This document shows positions 19,670 through 28,520 of a DNA stretch of 34,759 nucleotides, piece by piece; position 1 is the stretch's first letter; the number at the start of each line of letters is the position of its first letter. A program made the translations under genes and the position numbers. This DNA comes from a virus (Duplodnaviria > Caudoviricetes). Under the pieces are notes generated by a model. The model worked only from the letters and a program-made list of their open reading frames with translations. It did not search any database and was not told the DNA's origin. Where the stretch lies: the IMG/VR virus record IMGVR_UViG_3300030376_004728, positions 1 to 34,759 of that record, one strand, 5' to 3'.

Positions 19670-20397
19670 GGCGTCATCATTACAAGCCGTACCTTGGTGA
19701 GCACGGCACTGTTATTCGGCCTGCTCCTACAACCAACGGCATCACCGCTCGTTACGAGAACTTCAGCCACTCAGGCACTACCTGGTTCGATGTAACACCG
19801 ACGCCTGCTAATGGGACAGACGGTACTATCGGCGCTGCGTTTACTTGGCCGGCTTTCAATGGCGAGTCTTTTGTAAACTTTGGCGATCCTGCTAAACTGG
19901 AGTTTGCCACCGATTTTAGCGTAGTGGCTTGGTATCGACAGAGCATTGATCCTCCTACCCAAGGGTATGAGCGCATTGTCAGTCGTGACACAATTGCAGC
20001 TGCGGGCGGCGTGACTACTAGGTGTTTCTCGCTCCAGCAAAGAGACGATACAGGCACCGCACAGGGCTTCATTCATAACAACGTGGGCAATGTGAACCCG
20101 GTAGCAAGCGGAACCTACAACACGGGAACGTATCACATGGCGGTGCTTGTCAACGACGCAAGCAACACCAACGCCTACTATTATGTCGATGGGATTGTCC
20201 GCTCTACAAAGATCGGCCAAGGCGGCCCCGTAACAACGTGGGGTTCAATCAACACAGAGGCTGGTCGACATCAATTAACAGGCAATACGCAAGATTATTT
20301 TACGGGGGACATTGATACCGTTCGTTTTTATAATCGAGCGCTAAGCCCTGACGAAATACTTAACGATTACAACGCCGGCAAACCGGCTCATCCATAG
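19666..20397 (+). CDS. LamG / concanavalin A-like lectin domain protein
   Basis: DFSVVAWYR, YHMAVLV, YYYVDG and FTGDIDTVRFYNRALSPDEI. The ATG at 19666 overlaps the endolysin TGA. Confidence 0.85.
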   Translation: MRRHHYKPYLGEHGTVIRPAPTTNGITARYENFSHSGTTWFDVTPTPANGTDGTIGAAFTWPAFNGESFVNFGDPAKLEFATDFSVVAWYRQSIDPPTQGYERIVSRDTIAAAGGVTTRCFSLQQRDDTGTAQGFIHNNVGNVNPVASGTYNTGTYHMAVLVNDASNTNAYYYVDGIVRSTKIGQGGPVTTWGSINTEAGRHQLTGNTQDYFTGDIDTVRFYNRALSPDEILNDYNAGKPAHP

Positions 20398-20405
20398 GAG
20401 TCATC

Positions 20406-20618
20406 ATGACTAACTACATTTACTCGACAGTCGAGATTAATGGGCGGCAAGTCGAGGTGCGTCGAGAGGCTCCTGAGCCTGTCCCCGCTTCCGAGCCTGA
20501 GATCGACTACTCTGAACTTACTAAGACGGCGCTGATTGCTCTGGCGGAAGAGCGCTCAGTTGAGGTATCGAGCCGTATGACTAAGGCTAAGATCATCGCT
20601 GCCTTGGAAGGAAACTAG
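20406..20618 (+). CDS. Small protein with Rho-N/HeH-like helical domain
   Basis: DYSELTKTALIALAEERSVEVSSRMTKAKIIAALE. RBS AGGAG. Confidence 0.75.
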   Translation: MTNYIYSTVEINGRQVEVRREAPEPVPASEPEIDYSELTKTALIALAEERSVEVSSRMTKAKIIAALEGN

Positions 20619-20619
20619 C

Positions 20620-20952
20620 ATGGCATTCATCCGTAATCCCCAAGTAGCCAATAGCCCGATCGCTAACGCCAACACCGGTGGGGCGGACGTTTCAGCGATC
20701 GTGACCAAAGGCTCAACGGGCACCATCTTTGGCAGCGGCGGTTTGTACACTGAAGGGTACTACCTGATCCTGCAGAACACAGGGACTGTTAACCTTGAGG
20801 TTCTGTTCAACGCATCAGCTGACGGCATTATCCTTTACCCTGCCGCTACCTTTGAGGTGGCTGTGTCCGAAGGCACCAAGGTCTTGCTCAAGAACACTAC
20901 CGATCCAGGTACCGGCACGGATGGGGCTGCTCAAGTCCTATTGTTTGCATAA
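20620..20952 (+). CDS. Small beta-sandwich putative virion protein
   Basis: 110 aa with the LILQNTGTVNLEVLF..GIILYPAATFEV pattern. Confidence 0.65.
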   Translation: MAFIRNPQVANSPIANANTGGADVSAIVTKGSTGTIFGSGGLYTEGYYLILQNTGTVNLEVLFNASADGIILYPAATFEVAVSEGTKVLLKNTTDPGTGTDGAAQVLLFA

Positions 20953-21017
20953 CACTAAGACTTCCTGTACGAAGTGCCTAAGCCTTCTCTGAAGGTTTGG
21001 GGTGCCCGCAAGGGCGT

Positions 21018-21053
21018 GAAGGTCGGGGGTGGTTCCCCGGCTTTCGTTTTTTT
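21018..21053 (+). terminator. Intrinsic terminator at the convergence of the two arms
   Basis: GAAGGTCGGGGG-TGGT-TCCCCGGCTTTC stem (with G-U pairs), followed by T7 at 21047-21053. Confidence 0.75.
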
Positions 21054-21441
21054 ACACCAAGCCCCTGAGCGATTCGTGGATCTTGACGATCTTACTGTGC
21101 AATGCGTCGCCCCTCGCTTCTGAATCTCTGAGGGCTGACTCCTTCTTGGCGAGCTGCTTAATCAGGGACTCCGAGGTGGCCTGCGCAGCGTTTACCCGCT
21201 TGCTGCACTCCTTCTTCTGCTGGCGAAGTTCTCGCTCGAGATCAAAGATCCTATCCCGAAGGCCGCTGATCTTATCGCTTCGGGCGCTTACCCTCTGCTT
21301 GAGCAACTCGACCTTCCGCTTCTCTGCCGTCAGCGCGCTGTCCAGCTTGCGGATCTCACCTTTATTGTCTTTGATCGACTGCAGCTTGCGCCGTAGCTTG
21401 ACGTTCTCGCCAACGACGCCTTCGATTAGTGTCTTACTCAT
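21052..21441 (-). CDS. Coiled-coil hypothetical protein
   Basis: 129 aa with a continuous heptad pattern, overlapping the upstream gene. Confidence 0.75.
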   Translation of the reverse strand: MSKTLIEGVVGENVKLRRKLQSIKDNKGEIRKLDSALTAEKRKVELLKQRVSARSDKISGLRDRIFDLERELRQQKKECSKRVNAAQATSESLIKQLAKKESALRDSEARGDALHSKIVKIHESLRGLV

Positions 21442-22105
21442 TGTTTACTTTCTGTAATCGGCGGTCTGGTCCTTTGAGCACCATCATGCCTTCGGTTTGT
21501 TCAATCATTCGGCTGACGATGTGATCGCCATACATGCGCTCAAGCTGCTCCCAACTATCGATGTTAGTACTCATAAACGTAGGGCGGTCGTGAGCGTGGC
21601 GCTCCTGCATAATGAATCGAATCATCGAGGACTGAGACTCGGTAGGTTTGCGCCTAGAGCCCCCTAGATCGTCGAGCACCAGCAACGGGGCCTTCGCTAT
21701 CCGATCGATGTACGATGCCCTCCCAGAGTATCCTCCTGCTGCTGAGCGGTCAGCATTAGTAAACAGGCCGGCCTCGGTGATCCATATGGGCAGATTGTTT
21801 TCGCCGGGACCCCCTTCTCTGAACCGTCGGAGCCTGCGTTTGCAGTAGTCGTTGAAGGCTGCAGTGATCCAGGTCGTCTTGCCTCGCCCCACCCTGCCAC
21901 TCACAAGCAGCCAGCCCGTGTGCTTATCACCAGCGAGGCGCGCATCAATGACTGAGCCAAGCACGCAGTTGTGCTCATCCCTAGCCAGTTCAATGCGAAC
22001 ATCGACAGGTGAAGAAGCAGACCCAGTAGTCCAAAGGCGGTAGCCCTTAGGCACACCACTGCGCTTAAGGATCGTCATGAAATCCTCTAAATCATATGCG
22101 TCCAT
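21434..22105 (-). CDS. DnaC/IstB-like AAA+ ATPase (helicase loader-like)
   Basis: LKRSGVPKGY, Walker A GRVGRGKT, Walker B LLVLDDLG, PTFMSTN, IVSRM and GPDRR. Start chosen at the TGATG overlap (22105). Confidence 0.88.
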   Translation of the reverse strand: MDAYDLEDFMTILKRSGVPKGYRLWTTGSASSPVDVRIELARDEHNCVLGSVIDARLAGDKHTGWLLVSGRVGRGKTTWITAAFNDYCKRRLRRFREGGPGENNLPIWITEAGLFTNADRSAAGGYSGRASYIDRIAKAPLLVLDDLGGSRRKPTESQSSMIRFIMQERHAHDRPTFMSTNIDSWEQLERMYGDHIVSRMIEQTEGMMVLKGPDRRLQKVNNE

Positions 22106-22557
22106 CAGTCGCAGTCTTTCCATTTAATAGCGTGGGTTGAGGCGGGCTCACCAAGCGTAGACAGGCAAACCCAAACGCCTTCCGGGTCGCCAAACTTGGG
22201 GATCAGTTTTCGGGATACCTTCGAGCAGATCTGAGAGTCATCCTCCATCAGATCACACAGCGCGTCGGTGATGCTCTTCTCGATGTTGTCTAGGTCAGGA
22301 CGCTTAGTGTGCCAGCGGATCGACTCCTTGTCGGCCTTTGATGCGGACTGGGGGCACTTGAAATAGAAGGTCAACTCCAGCTTGAGCGCCTTGCCCGTCT
22401 TACGCCATCCGCTTTCCTTCTGCGCAGCAATCGCTAGGACCTGCGCATACTTCTTAAAGTCAGTGACCCGCTTGGGTTGGTATCCTCCCCTCTTACCCAT
22501 GCGGAAACTTTGTTTGGCGATCGGTCGAGTGTCGACGAAGAATTCGATGCGGCTCAT
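22105..22557 (-). CDS. rusA: RusA-family Holliday junction resolvase
   Basis: PIAKQSFR and HTKRPDLDNIEKSITDAL...EDDSQI. Confidence 0.92.
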   Translation of the reverse strand: MSRIEFFVDTRPIAKQSFRMGKRGGYQPKRVTDFKKYAQVLAIAAQKESGWRKTGKALKLELTFYFKCPQSASKADKESIRWHTKRPDLDNIEKSITDALCDLMEDDSQICSKVSRKLIPKFGDPEGVWVCLSTLGEPASTHAIKWKDCD

Positions 22558-22904
22558 TCCGTATCCTCAAACTCTTGAGGCAGGCCATTAGCATGTGGTG
22601 ACCCTTCCTCAAGTATTACTGCTCGCTTGTGCTCAGCATCGAGACTTTTGACAATTTGCGAAATTCGAGAAACTATTTGCCTCGCAGCTTGGAAATGCAC
22701 CTTGTATGCATTGTCTCGATTCACAAAATGCTTATCGACTGCCTTGCACTCAGAGCGCAGGGCTTTAATCTCTTTGTTAAGCATGTCATTGAGATTGAGC
22801 CTCGTTTGGGTCTGTCGCCAAGTCCGTCCTTTATTGGCCAGACTGCTCGCTTCATCGTAATAGGTGCTTCGTAAATGGTCCCAATGCGGGTTGCTCTTGC
22901 CCAT
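22554..22904 (-). CDS. Hypothetical protein
   Basis: 116 aa, ATGA overlap with rusA, RBS GGGGTGG. Confidence 0.7.
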   Translation of the reverse strand: MGKSNPHWDHLRSTYYDEASSLANKGRTWRQTQTRLNLNDMLNKEIKALRSECKAVDKHFVNRDNAYKVHFQAARQIVSRISQIVKSLDAEHKRAVILEEGSPHANGLPQEFEDTE

Positions 22905-22913
22905 ACCCCACCC

Positions 22914-23291
22914 CTAGAAAGGCGAGGCGGTATCACTATCGCCCCCTTGCTGGTAGTAACTGCCATAGTCCCCGCTACCACCAGCCGCAGGCGCTGCGCT
23001 CTGCTTCTTGGGGCTCAGGTACTGAACACGGAACACAGTAACCGACAGGCGATTGTCGTCGCCGTAGGTGTCAAGGCGGCCCTCCACAAAGATCTGGCGC
23101 CCCTTCTCCCCGTACTTGGCTAGGCTCTCTGCAGTCTTTCCAAAGGCAGTGACCCAGACCCAAGTCGTTTTCTCTTCACCGTTGACCATGCTGTTCATGG
23201 CGAGCGACAGTCGGGCTCGAGGCCCGCTCTGCCCTACGTTGATCTCAGGATCGACACCCATACGACCGATTAACATTACTTTATTCACCAT
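22914..23291 (-). CDS. ssb: Single-stranded DNA-binding protein
   Basis: VNKVMLIGRMGVDPE, TTWVWVTAFGKTAE, KGRQIFVEGRL and an acidic tail ending in PF. Confidence 0.95.
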   Translation of the reverse strand: MVNKVMLIGRMGVDPEINVGQSGPRARLSLAMNSMVNGEEKTTWVWVTAFGKTAESLAKYGEKGRQIFVEGRLDTYGDDNRLSVTVFRVQYLSPKKQSAAPAAGGSGDYGSYYQQGGDSDTASPF

Positions 23292-23958
23292 CAGATTGTC
23301 CCTTCAGAGCGATCATGCGCTCCGTATAAAGTCGGCGCAGTGGCGCCTTCAGTTCATTGCCCACTTCTAGGGCGGCTAAGTCTTTACCTAAGTCCAGCAA
23401 CACCTCGACGCTGGGCGCATTCTCGATGGCCTCACGCCACTCATCCATGCCCGTCTCTTGGTCGGGCTTGCTGACTGCTGGTGCGCCTGCCTTCTTAGGC
23501 ATTGCCCATGCTGGGAGTTTGGGAGGGTCCCAGTACATACCCTTGCCAGACTTGGCTCGGTGGTAGACCTGACCCTTGGGCTTGAGATGGCACCAGACCA
23601 TCGGCAGATCGTACAAGTAACGACCAATGCCCCAATGCACAGCAGCTCGCTTGAGCGCAGACGACAGCCCGCCCTTCACCGCTTCGATGTCCGTGTTTGG
23701 CGATCCGTCGGCCTTCGTGACCCACTCGCCATCCGGTCCCTTGCAGGACAACTCGCACACCACGCCACCATCCGGTCCCTTGACGTACTTAGTCGCCCAA
23801 CCGAACGGTCCGAACACATCATCAAGGCGCTGCTGCACGGCTCGAGACGTAAGATAGGCCAAGGCGCTAACCTTGTCGCCATTGCGCGTGGTCTGACCCA
23901 CTCGCCACTCAATATCCTCAGGCGCAAAGGGCGCCTTTAGTTTTGCCATGATTTCCAT
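23281..23958 (-). CDS. Rad52/Rad22-like (Sak) single-strand annealing protein
   Basis: LKAPFAPEDIEWRV, LAYLTSRAVQQRLDDVFG and KGGLSSALKRAAVHWGIGRYLY. AGGAGG precedes the ATG at 23958. Confidence 0.9.
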   Translation of the reverse strand: MEIMAKLKAPFAPEDIEWRVGQTTRNGDKVSALAYLTSRAVQQRLDDVFGPFGWATKYVKGPDGGVVCELSCKGPDGEWVTKADGSPNTDIEAVKGGLSSALKRAAVHWGIGRYLYDLPMVWCHLKPKGQVYHRAKSGKGMYWDPPKLPAWAMPKKAGAPAVSKPDQETGMDEWREAIENAPSVEVLLDLGKDLAALEVGNELKAPLRRLYTERMIALKGQSDGE

Positions 23959-23966
23959 GGTACCTC

Positions 23967-24704
23967 CTACAGGTTTAGGGTTTCGTAGCCAGGCCACCGG
24001 CCCGACTCAATACAATCAGCATACACAGCAAGACCCCGCTCAAGCTTGGCGTTGCCGGCCTCAATGATCTCATCCGATGCCCAGACCATGCGAGGTAGGG
24101 CGCTCTCCTTCTCTACAAACAGCCAGCCCCACTTAGGCGAGACCCCATGCACAGACTCCACCGCTCGGATGTACATGGCAGCTGACAGATCGTAATCATA
24201 ACGACGGATAGCAGAGTGGATGCCATAGTTGGATGCGTCGACAGTGGTCTTAAGATCGATCATCACCGAGTGGTCAGACGCTAGCCAGTCGGGCTTGGCT
24301 TTGCAGTTAGCACCAGTCGCTGGGTCAACCCAGTCAATACGTCGCTCGACCAAGGCATCCTCGGCTAAGATCGCTGCAACGTCGCTGTCAGCATAAACGC
24401 CATCACGCATACGGAACATCTCGTCCCAGTCGTCTTGCTTCAAACCACCAGCGAACGTCTCATTGACTAGCCACTGCGAGTACTTAGCCGTGCCAGGGTG
24501 AGCAGGCGCAAAGCCATACTGCTGCCTGCACACTGCCTCACCTTCGAGCACCAGCGCATGAAACGCAGACCCAAAGACCAGCGGACGGCTGACAGGCTCA
24601 GGTGCCGACTCAGCATAGCGTTGATAGAAGTGAGCAGGGGTTTTATTGACGATCAACTTAACACCACTGCTCGAGATCGAATCAGTACCTCGATGATAGC
24701 TCAT
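23967..24704 (-). CDS. PD-(D/E)XK exonuclease (RecE / exonuclease VIII-like)
   Basis: ISSSGVK, FGSAFHALVLE, CKAKPDWL, IDLKTT, YDLSAAMY, LFVEK and WPGY. Confidence 0.88.
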   Translation of the reverse strand: MSYHRGTDSISSSGVKLIVNKTPAHFYQRYAESAPEPVSRPLVFGSAFHALVLEGEAVCRQQYGFAPAHPGTAKYSQWLVNETFAGGLKQDDWDEMFRMRDGVYADSDVAAILAEDALVERRIDWVDPATGANCKAKPDWLASDHSVMIDLKTTVDASNYGIHSAIRRYDYDLSAAMYIRAVESVHGVSPKWGWLFVEKESALPRMVWASDEIIEAGNAKLERGLAVYADCIESGRWPGYETLNL

Positions 24705-25192
24705 GAGATCACCTCCCGAACAAAGCCCCGCAGCTTACGCCACGAACGCAGGGTTAACAGCCACTCTTCACGGACTCGCTCAGGCTCTTGAAAGCGAGCG
24801 GCCTCCTCTAGGATCGCAACTTCACTGCGTACCACCAGCGCCCAATTGCTTATGGCGTCATAGGTGTGCTTGGTAGGTGCTGCCTGGTCATCGTTGTCAA
24901 TGGCGACGCTGCGATGCACCAGCACAGCAGCCCAACGCCCCGTACGGGTACGGCGACGGCGACCAGACGGCACGATCTTACCTGCCTGCTTCAGTTCAGT
25001 GACTCGAGCCGAGCCAGTCTGATAGGCAATATCGAAGTGAACCAACACCTCGTCGGATGTGGCGCCCTTCTCACCTTGCAAGCGGACCCAGTTCTCAATG
25101 CGAAAGCGCAGCGCTGGAGCCATCTTAGCGATCGACTCGGCTGCCTCCCTCGACTCATTGTTAAACATGTTTGAGTTAGGCATTAGATGCAC
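24701..25192 (-). CDS. Winged-helix DNA-binding protein
   Basis: GATSDEV..YQTGSARVTELKQAGKIVPSGRRRRTRTGRWAAV. Confidence 0.75.
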   Translation of the reverse strand: MHLMPNSNMFNNESREAAESIAKMAPALRFRIENWVRLQGEKGATSDEVLVHFDIAYQTGSARVTELKQAGKIVPSGRRRRTRTGRWAAVLVHRSVAIDNDDQAAPTKHTYDAISNWALVVRSEVAILEEAARFQEPERVREEWLLTLRSWRKLRGFVREVIS

Positions 25193-25431
25193 CTCATCTC
25201 TTGGACTTCATCCCAATACAACTCGAGCGCCTCTTGGCAGGCAGCCTCGTAGAAGCCATCGCTGTACTGCTGCTGTTCATCATGCGTGCCTTGGTCGACC
25301 GTGCCTTCTCCGCCGCAGCCAGGACAGGCCAACTCAAACTCTCGCACGTCAGCTGGGTGGCGACTGGTCTGCTCGGCTACGACCACTTGGCCACAGCCCT
25401 CACAGACTCTACATTTAAACTCACTGGTCAT
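25183..25431 (-). CDS. Small DnaJ-type zinc-finger protein
   Basis: CRVCEGCG and CPGCGGEG (CxxCxGxG twice). GGAGG precedes the ATG at 25431. Confidence 0.75.
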   Translation of the reverse strand: MTSEFKCRVCEGCGQVVVAEQTSRHPADVREFELACPGCGGEGTVDQGTHDEQQQYSDGFYEAACQEALELYWDEVQEMRCI

Positions 25432-25699
25432 CGTTTGACCCTCCATCATGGTTAGTAAGAACAGGGGCGACGATGCGAACATCGACCCCCGTCTTGCGTT
25501 TGATAAATTCAGCGGCTCGCTCGATCACGCTATCAGCCGATCCGGTGAAGCGAGCATCCAAGCCCGAGACCCCGTCGAACAAGCGCACAATCGTTGCACC
25601 TTTGCTGTCCATAGCGATCAAGCAGCGAGACCCCTTGCCATCGATGTCGGCGTGCCAATCGACGTAGGCGTCTTTGCGTTTGCGTAGGGCGAAGATCAT
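25421..25699 (-). CDS. Hypothetical protein
   Basis: 92 aa, RBS GGAGG, ATGA coupling. Confidence 0.7.
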   Translation of the reverse strand: MIFALRKRKDAYVDWHADIDGKGSRCLIAMDSKGATIVRLFDGVSGLDARFTGSADSVIERAAEFIKRKTGVDVRIVAPVLTNHDGGSNDDQ

Positions 25700-25971
25700 C
25701 GGCGGACCTCCAGGTTAGAAAACAGAACCCTACGGCGAATGCCATTCGGCCATTCTAGGGTAGCAATAACCAGCGGGTTTTTATCCAAAGACCCACCAGT
25801 GTACGCCGCTACATCAAGCACCTCAGCCCATCCATTAGTGCCGTCATGGTCCACAACATTACCAGTCGATCGGAGCCACTTTGCGCTCATGCGTGCTTTA
25901 TTGCCTGGCGCAATAGCCTTGAGCCATGGTCGTTTAGATTTGTTGGCAGCGCTCATCATTTTCCCTCCCAT
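25696..25971 (-). CDS. Hypothetical protein
   Basis: Tiles with neighbours. The true start is probably the MMSAA at about 25959, after GGAGG. Confidence 0.65.
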   Translation of the reverse strand: MGGKMMSAANKSKRPWLKAIAPGNKARMSAKWLRSTGNVVDHDGTNGWAEVLDVAAYTGGSLDKNPLVIATLEWPNGIRRRVLFSNLEVRR

Positions 25972-26249
25972 CCTAAGATCATCTCATCGACCATGTCGTC
26001 ACACATGCTTTGAGCGATATCACCATTCATACGGATGTTGGGGATAGCCGAACCATAGGGCGCAGGCTTTGCTTTGGGCGCAGGCTTCGCTTTAGGCTCG
26101 GGCGTGCCAGGATCTGGGCAAGTAAAGCAGAGGTGCTCAGCTTCGGGCTCGTGACGGCGACGAACCGTAGCGCCGATGGGAATCTTGCACACCATGCAGT
26201 GCAGCTTATACGGGACCCACTTACTAAACATCGCTGTTCTCCTCTTCAT
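25956..26249 (-). CDS. Small Cys-containing (CxxC...CxxC) protein
   Basis: HCMVC and LCFTC followed by a KAKPAP duplication. The start may be the downstream MFSKW after GAGGAG. Confidence 0.6.
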   Translation of the reverse strand: MKRRTAMFSKWVPYKLHCMVCKIPIGATVRRRHEPEAEHLCFTCPDPGTPEPKAKPAPKAKPAPYGSAIPNIRMNGDIAQSMCDDMVDEMILGWEGK

Positions 26250-26529
26250 TCATAATCAAGCGCTCAAGCGCTGCTTCAAGGGCTGACGTGTCACCCGACA
26301 GATCGGGTAAGATGTCATCAAGCTTTTCATTAAGACCACTCAACCAGATCTCAACTTGGTGCTCTCGTTCGCTACCGTCTCCAGTATACCGAGCACTGCG
26401 CAGTAGGTGCTCACATGTAGCAAGCGCACAGATCGAGCGATGGAGATTGTTAACGGTAGAACTAACCAGCTCGTAAGTGAGCTTCTCGGTTTTAGATCCT
26501 GGCAGATTGCCTCGACGTGGGTAACCCAT
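26224..26529 (-). CDS. Hypothetical protein
   Basis: 101 aa with a strong AGGAGG RBS, downstream of a predicted promoter. Confidence 0.75.
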   Translation of the reverse strand: MGYPRRGNLPGSKTEKLTYELVSSTVNNLHRSICALATCEHLLRSARYTGDGSEREHQVEIWLSGLNEKLDDILPDLSGDTSALEAALERLIMNEEENSDV

Positions 26530-26564
26530 AATGCCTCCTGTGGTTTTGGGTTTGGGGTAGGGTA

Positions 26565-26593
26565 GATATACACAGGCCGAGACCCACTTGCAA
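26565..26593 (-). promoter_or_regulatory. Sigma70-like promoter for the recombination/replication operon
   Basis: TTGCAA (26593-26588), 17 nt spacer ending TGTG, then TATATC (26570-26565). Confidence 0.6.
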
Positions 26594-26622
26594 TACCCAT
26601 CTCTGAAATAACTCTACAAGGT

Positions 26623-27048
26623 TTACAAGGGCTTACGCCTTTGCTCTGTTTTTTGTTCTTCATCGTCTTTGCTCGGATCGAAAAGCCGGGACCCACTTTC
26701 AAGCTGCTGGTCTAGGGCGCTGGTGCTCTTTGCCTGGTCGATCAATTGCAGCGCGTCGCTATCGGGTATCTCGAGCGGGAACGGTTCAATACCGGCGCGG
26801 ACCTTCTCGGTTAACTGTCTTACCCGTCTGGGTGTGACCCCATAGCGCTTTGCAGTGGTTGCCGTAGGCGTAGGGTCAGACGCTATCACGCAAGCGCAGT
26901 AGAACCGAACCACGTCAAGCGCAGGCGCTACTTGTCGCCGACTTGGAACGTAGACACGCAAAGCCCCTTGTTCGCTCGCTATCAAAGGATCATTCAATAG
27001 TGCCGTTTGGGTTTCAGGTTTCAGATTTTCAAAACGTAGGTTTTTCAA
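26623..27048 (-). CDS. Hypothetical protein with possible HTH
   Basis: TTG start after GGAG. TATTAKRYGVTPRRVRQL is HTH-like. Confidence 0.6.
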   Translation of the reverse strand: MKNLRFENLKPETQTALLNDPLIASEQGALRVYVPSRRQVAPALDVVRFYCACVIASDPTPTATTAKRYGVTPRRVRQLTEKVRAGIEPFPLEIPDSDALQLIDQAKSTSALDQQLESGSRLFDPSKDDEEQKTEQRRKPL

Positions 27049-27065
27049 GGTACTTACTCCAAAGT

Positions 27066-27099
27066 AAAAAGCAGAAAAGACACGCCCGAAAGCGTGCCT
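27066..27099 (-). terminator. Intrinsic terminator after the Gp88-like gene
   Basis: Minus strand reads AGGCACGCT-TTCG-GGCGTGTCT followed by TTTCTGCTTTTT. Confidence 0.75.
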
Positions 27100-27121
27100 A
27101 GTCCGTAGGTGTTAGTGTGCT

Positions 27122-28150
27122 TTAATGCACAGGGTAGGTGATCAAAGGTTTCTCATTATGCCAGCATGAGCGGCAATCGCCACAGATACCGCCGCGAGTG
27201 TAAGCCGGGCATACGGCGCCCGGTGTCTCGCCCGTGCTTGATACGCTAGACGCCAGGACGTTGTCGCTCGTCTTTGGCATAGGGTGGACGTCAACGCGTG
27301 GCGAGCTGATACGGACGGTCAAGTTAAGCGGTAAAGGTCCGCGTTCTTTAATCCATCGTTTGACGGTGGCGCGCTCCTGAGTAGGCAACCAATGCTGCAG
27401 GTTAGGCGTTGCTTTGATCACGTCCATTAACAGGACCATATAATCAAAGGAGAACACGTCACCGGCGTCATGCCACCTAAAGTATTTTGCCTTATCATAG
27501 GCAAGCGCGGCTTTCACCCGTTTCTTTTCGATCGGTGGCAACGCGTCGAAGGTTTCTTTCGCTTGGATCGCAAGCAAACCGACTTCCCTTTGCTCGGGTG
27601 TTTCTTTGATGGGCGCTCCGCCTTTGAGAATCCGCAGACCACCGGCGCCACATCGGAATTTAGCAGCAAGGGCAGCGTGATATAGGCTCATGCTGTGCTT
27701 TTCAGGCTTGCCAAGCTTAGCGACTCGAGCGCTTGCCTTAATCAATTGATTGTTTAAATAGCCAGCGAAAGTCGAGACCCACTTTTTACGGTAGGCAGTC
27801 GATGCAATGGCGCGCTTAACGAAAGTGTAACGGAGCGCCTGCGCATTGCGCACATTAGGCATTTGATAGCGTCCTTTGAGCGCATAACAATTCTCGCATG
27901 GGGTACCCGCCACACCGGCGAGCTTGGCGCCGATGGGACAAGTAACAATCGCCGGTAGGCTGAATGATCCACCAGGCATTTTATCAGTGTACGTGAGCGA
28001 GCCGCACACGCGTTTGAATTCAATGTACGAAACAGGTTTCGGCTTTACATACTTAGCAGACGGCAAAGCGTAGCAACCGCGCAGCGCGTAGTCGTTGCCT
28101 TGTTTGCTCTTACAGTTAGCGGTGATCTCACCTAGGCTAGGACAATTCAT
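27122..28150 (-). CDS. Gp88-like Cys-rich protein (radical-SAM-like Fe-S candidate)
   Basis: KMPGGSFSLPA, C71-x13-C85xxC88 (CENCYALKGRY), YFRWHDAGD, HWLPTQE, NLTVRIS, CPA..CGDCRSCW and ITYPVH. Confidence 0.8.
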   Translation of the reverse strand: MNCPSLGEITANCKSKQGNDYALRGCYALPSAKYVKPKPVSYIEFKRVCGSLTYTDKMPGGSFSLPAIVTCPIGAKLAGVAGTPCENCYALKGRYQMPNVRNAQALRYTFVKRAIASTAYRKKWVSTFAGYLNNQLIKASARVAKLGKPEKHSMSLYHAALAAKFRCGAGGLRILKGGAPIKETPEQREVGLLAIQAKETFDALPPIEKKRVKAALAYDKAKYFRWHDAGDVFSFDYMVLLMDVIKATPNLQHWLPTQERATVKRWIKERGPLPLNLTVRISSPRVDVHPMPKTSDNVLASSVSSTGETPGAVCPAYTRGGICGDCRSCWHNEKPLITYPVH

Positions 28151-28174
28151 TTTAATTCTCTCAAGGTTTGGGGG

Positions 28175-28501
28175 TTAGTTAATGCGGTTAGTGTAGCCGT
28201 TTGAGGTCAGCCCCTGCGTGCTACGGCGCAAACAAAACAACTCAATAGCGTTAGCAATGGCGCCCCAATTGGGTCGCTTTGATTCAAGCCACTTTTCGCC
28301 AGTCGAGCGCATGAATGGGAATTGCTGATCAGTACTTGCCCAAAGCAAGCGCTCGGGCGTGCATGGTCTGCCGGCAAACGAAAGATAAATGGCAACGGTG
28401 CGCCGCCTTCCGGATGGCGTCACACTAAACCGGGTGACTAGGCCGCGCTTGTACTTATCGCAAAGGTAGTTTGCCCTTACTTGTGGTTTCATTTTTTCCA
28501 T
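28175..28501 (-). CDS. Early hypothetical protein
   Basis: 108 aa, bounded by the repeat on both sides. Confidence 0.7.
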   Translation of the reverse strand: MEKMKPQVRANYLCDKYKRGLVTRFSVTPSGRRRTVAIYLSFAGRPCTPERLLWASTDQQFPFMRSTGEKWLESKRPNWGAIANAIELFCLRRSTQGLTSNGYTNRIN

Positions 28502-28520
28502 GTCCTTCTGAGTTTGGGGG

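Noticed and set aside
26058-26093. 18-bp tandem duplication encoding KAKPAP twice
   Set aside because: It is an ordinary low-complexity linker expansion.
26340-26702. 120-aa ORF with YIYPTPNPKP, reminiscent of initiator linkers
   Set aside because: It overlaps two better-supported genes, and the peptide is a translation of the promoter and CCCCAAAC leader.
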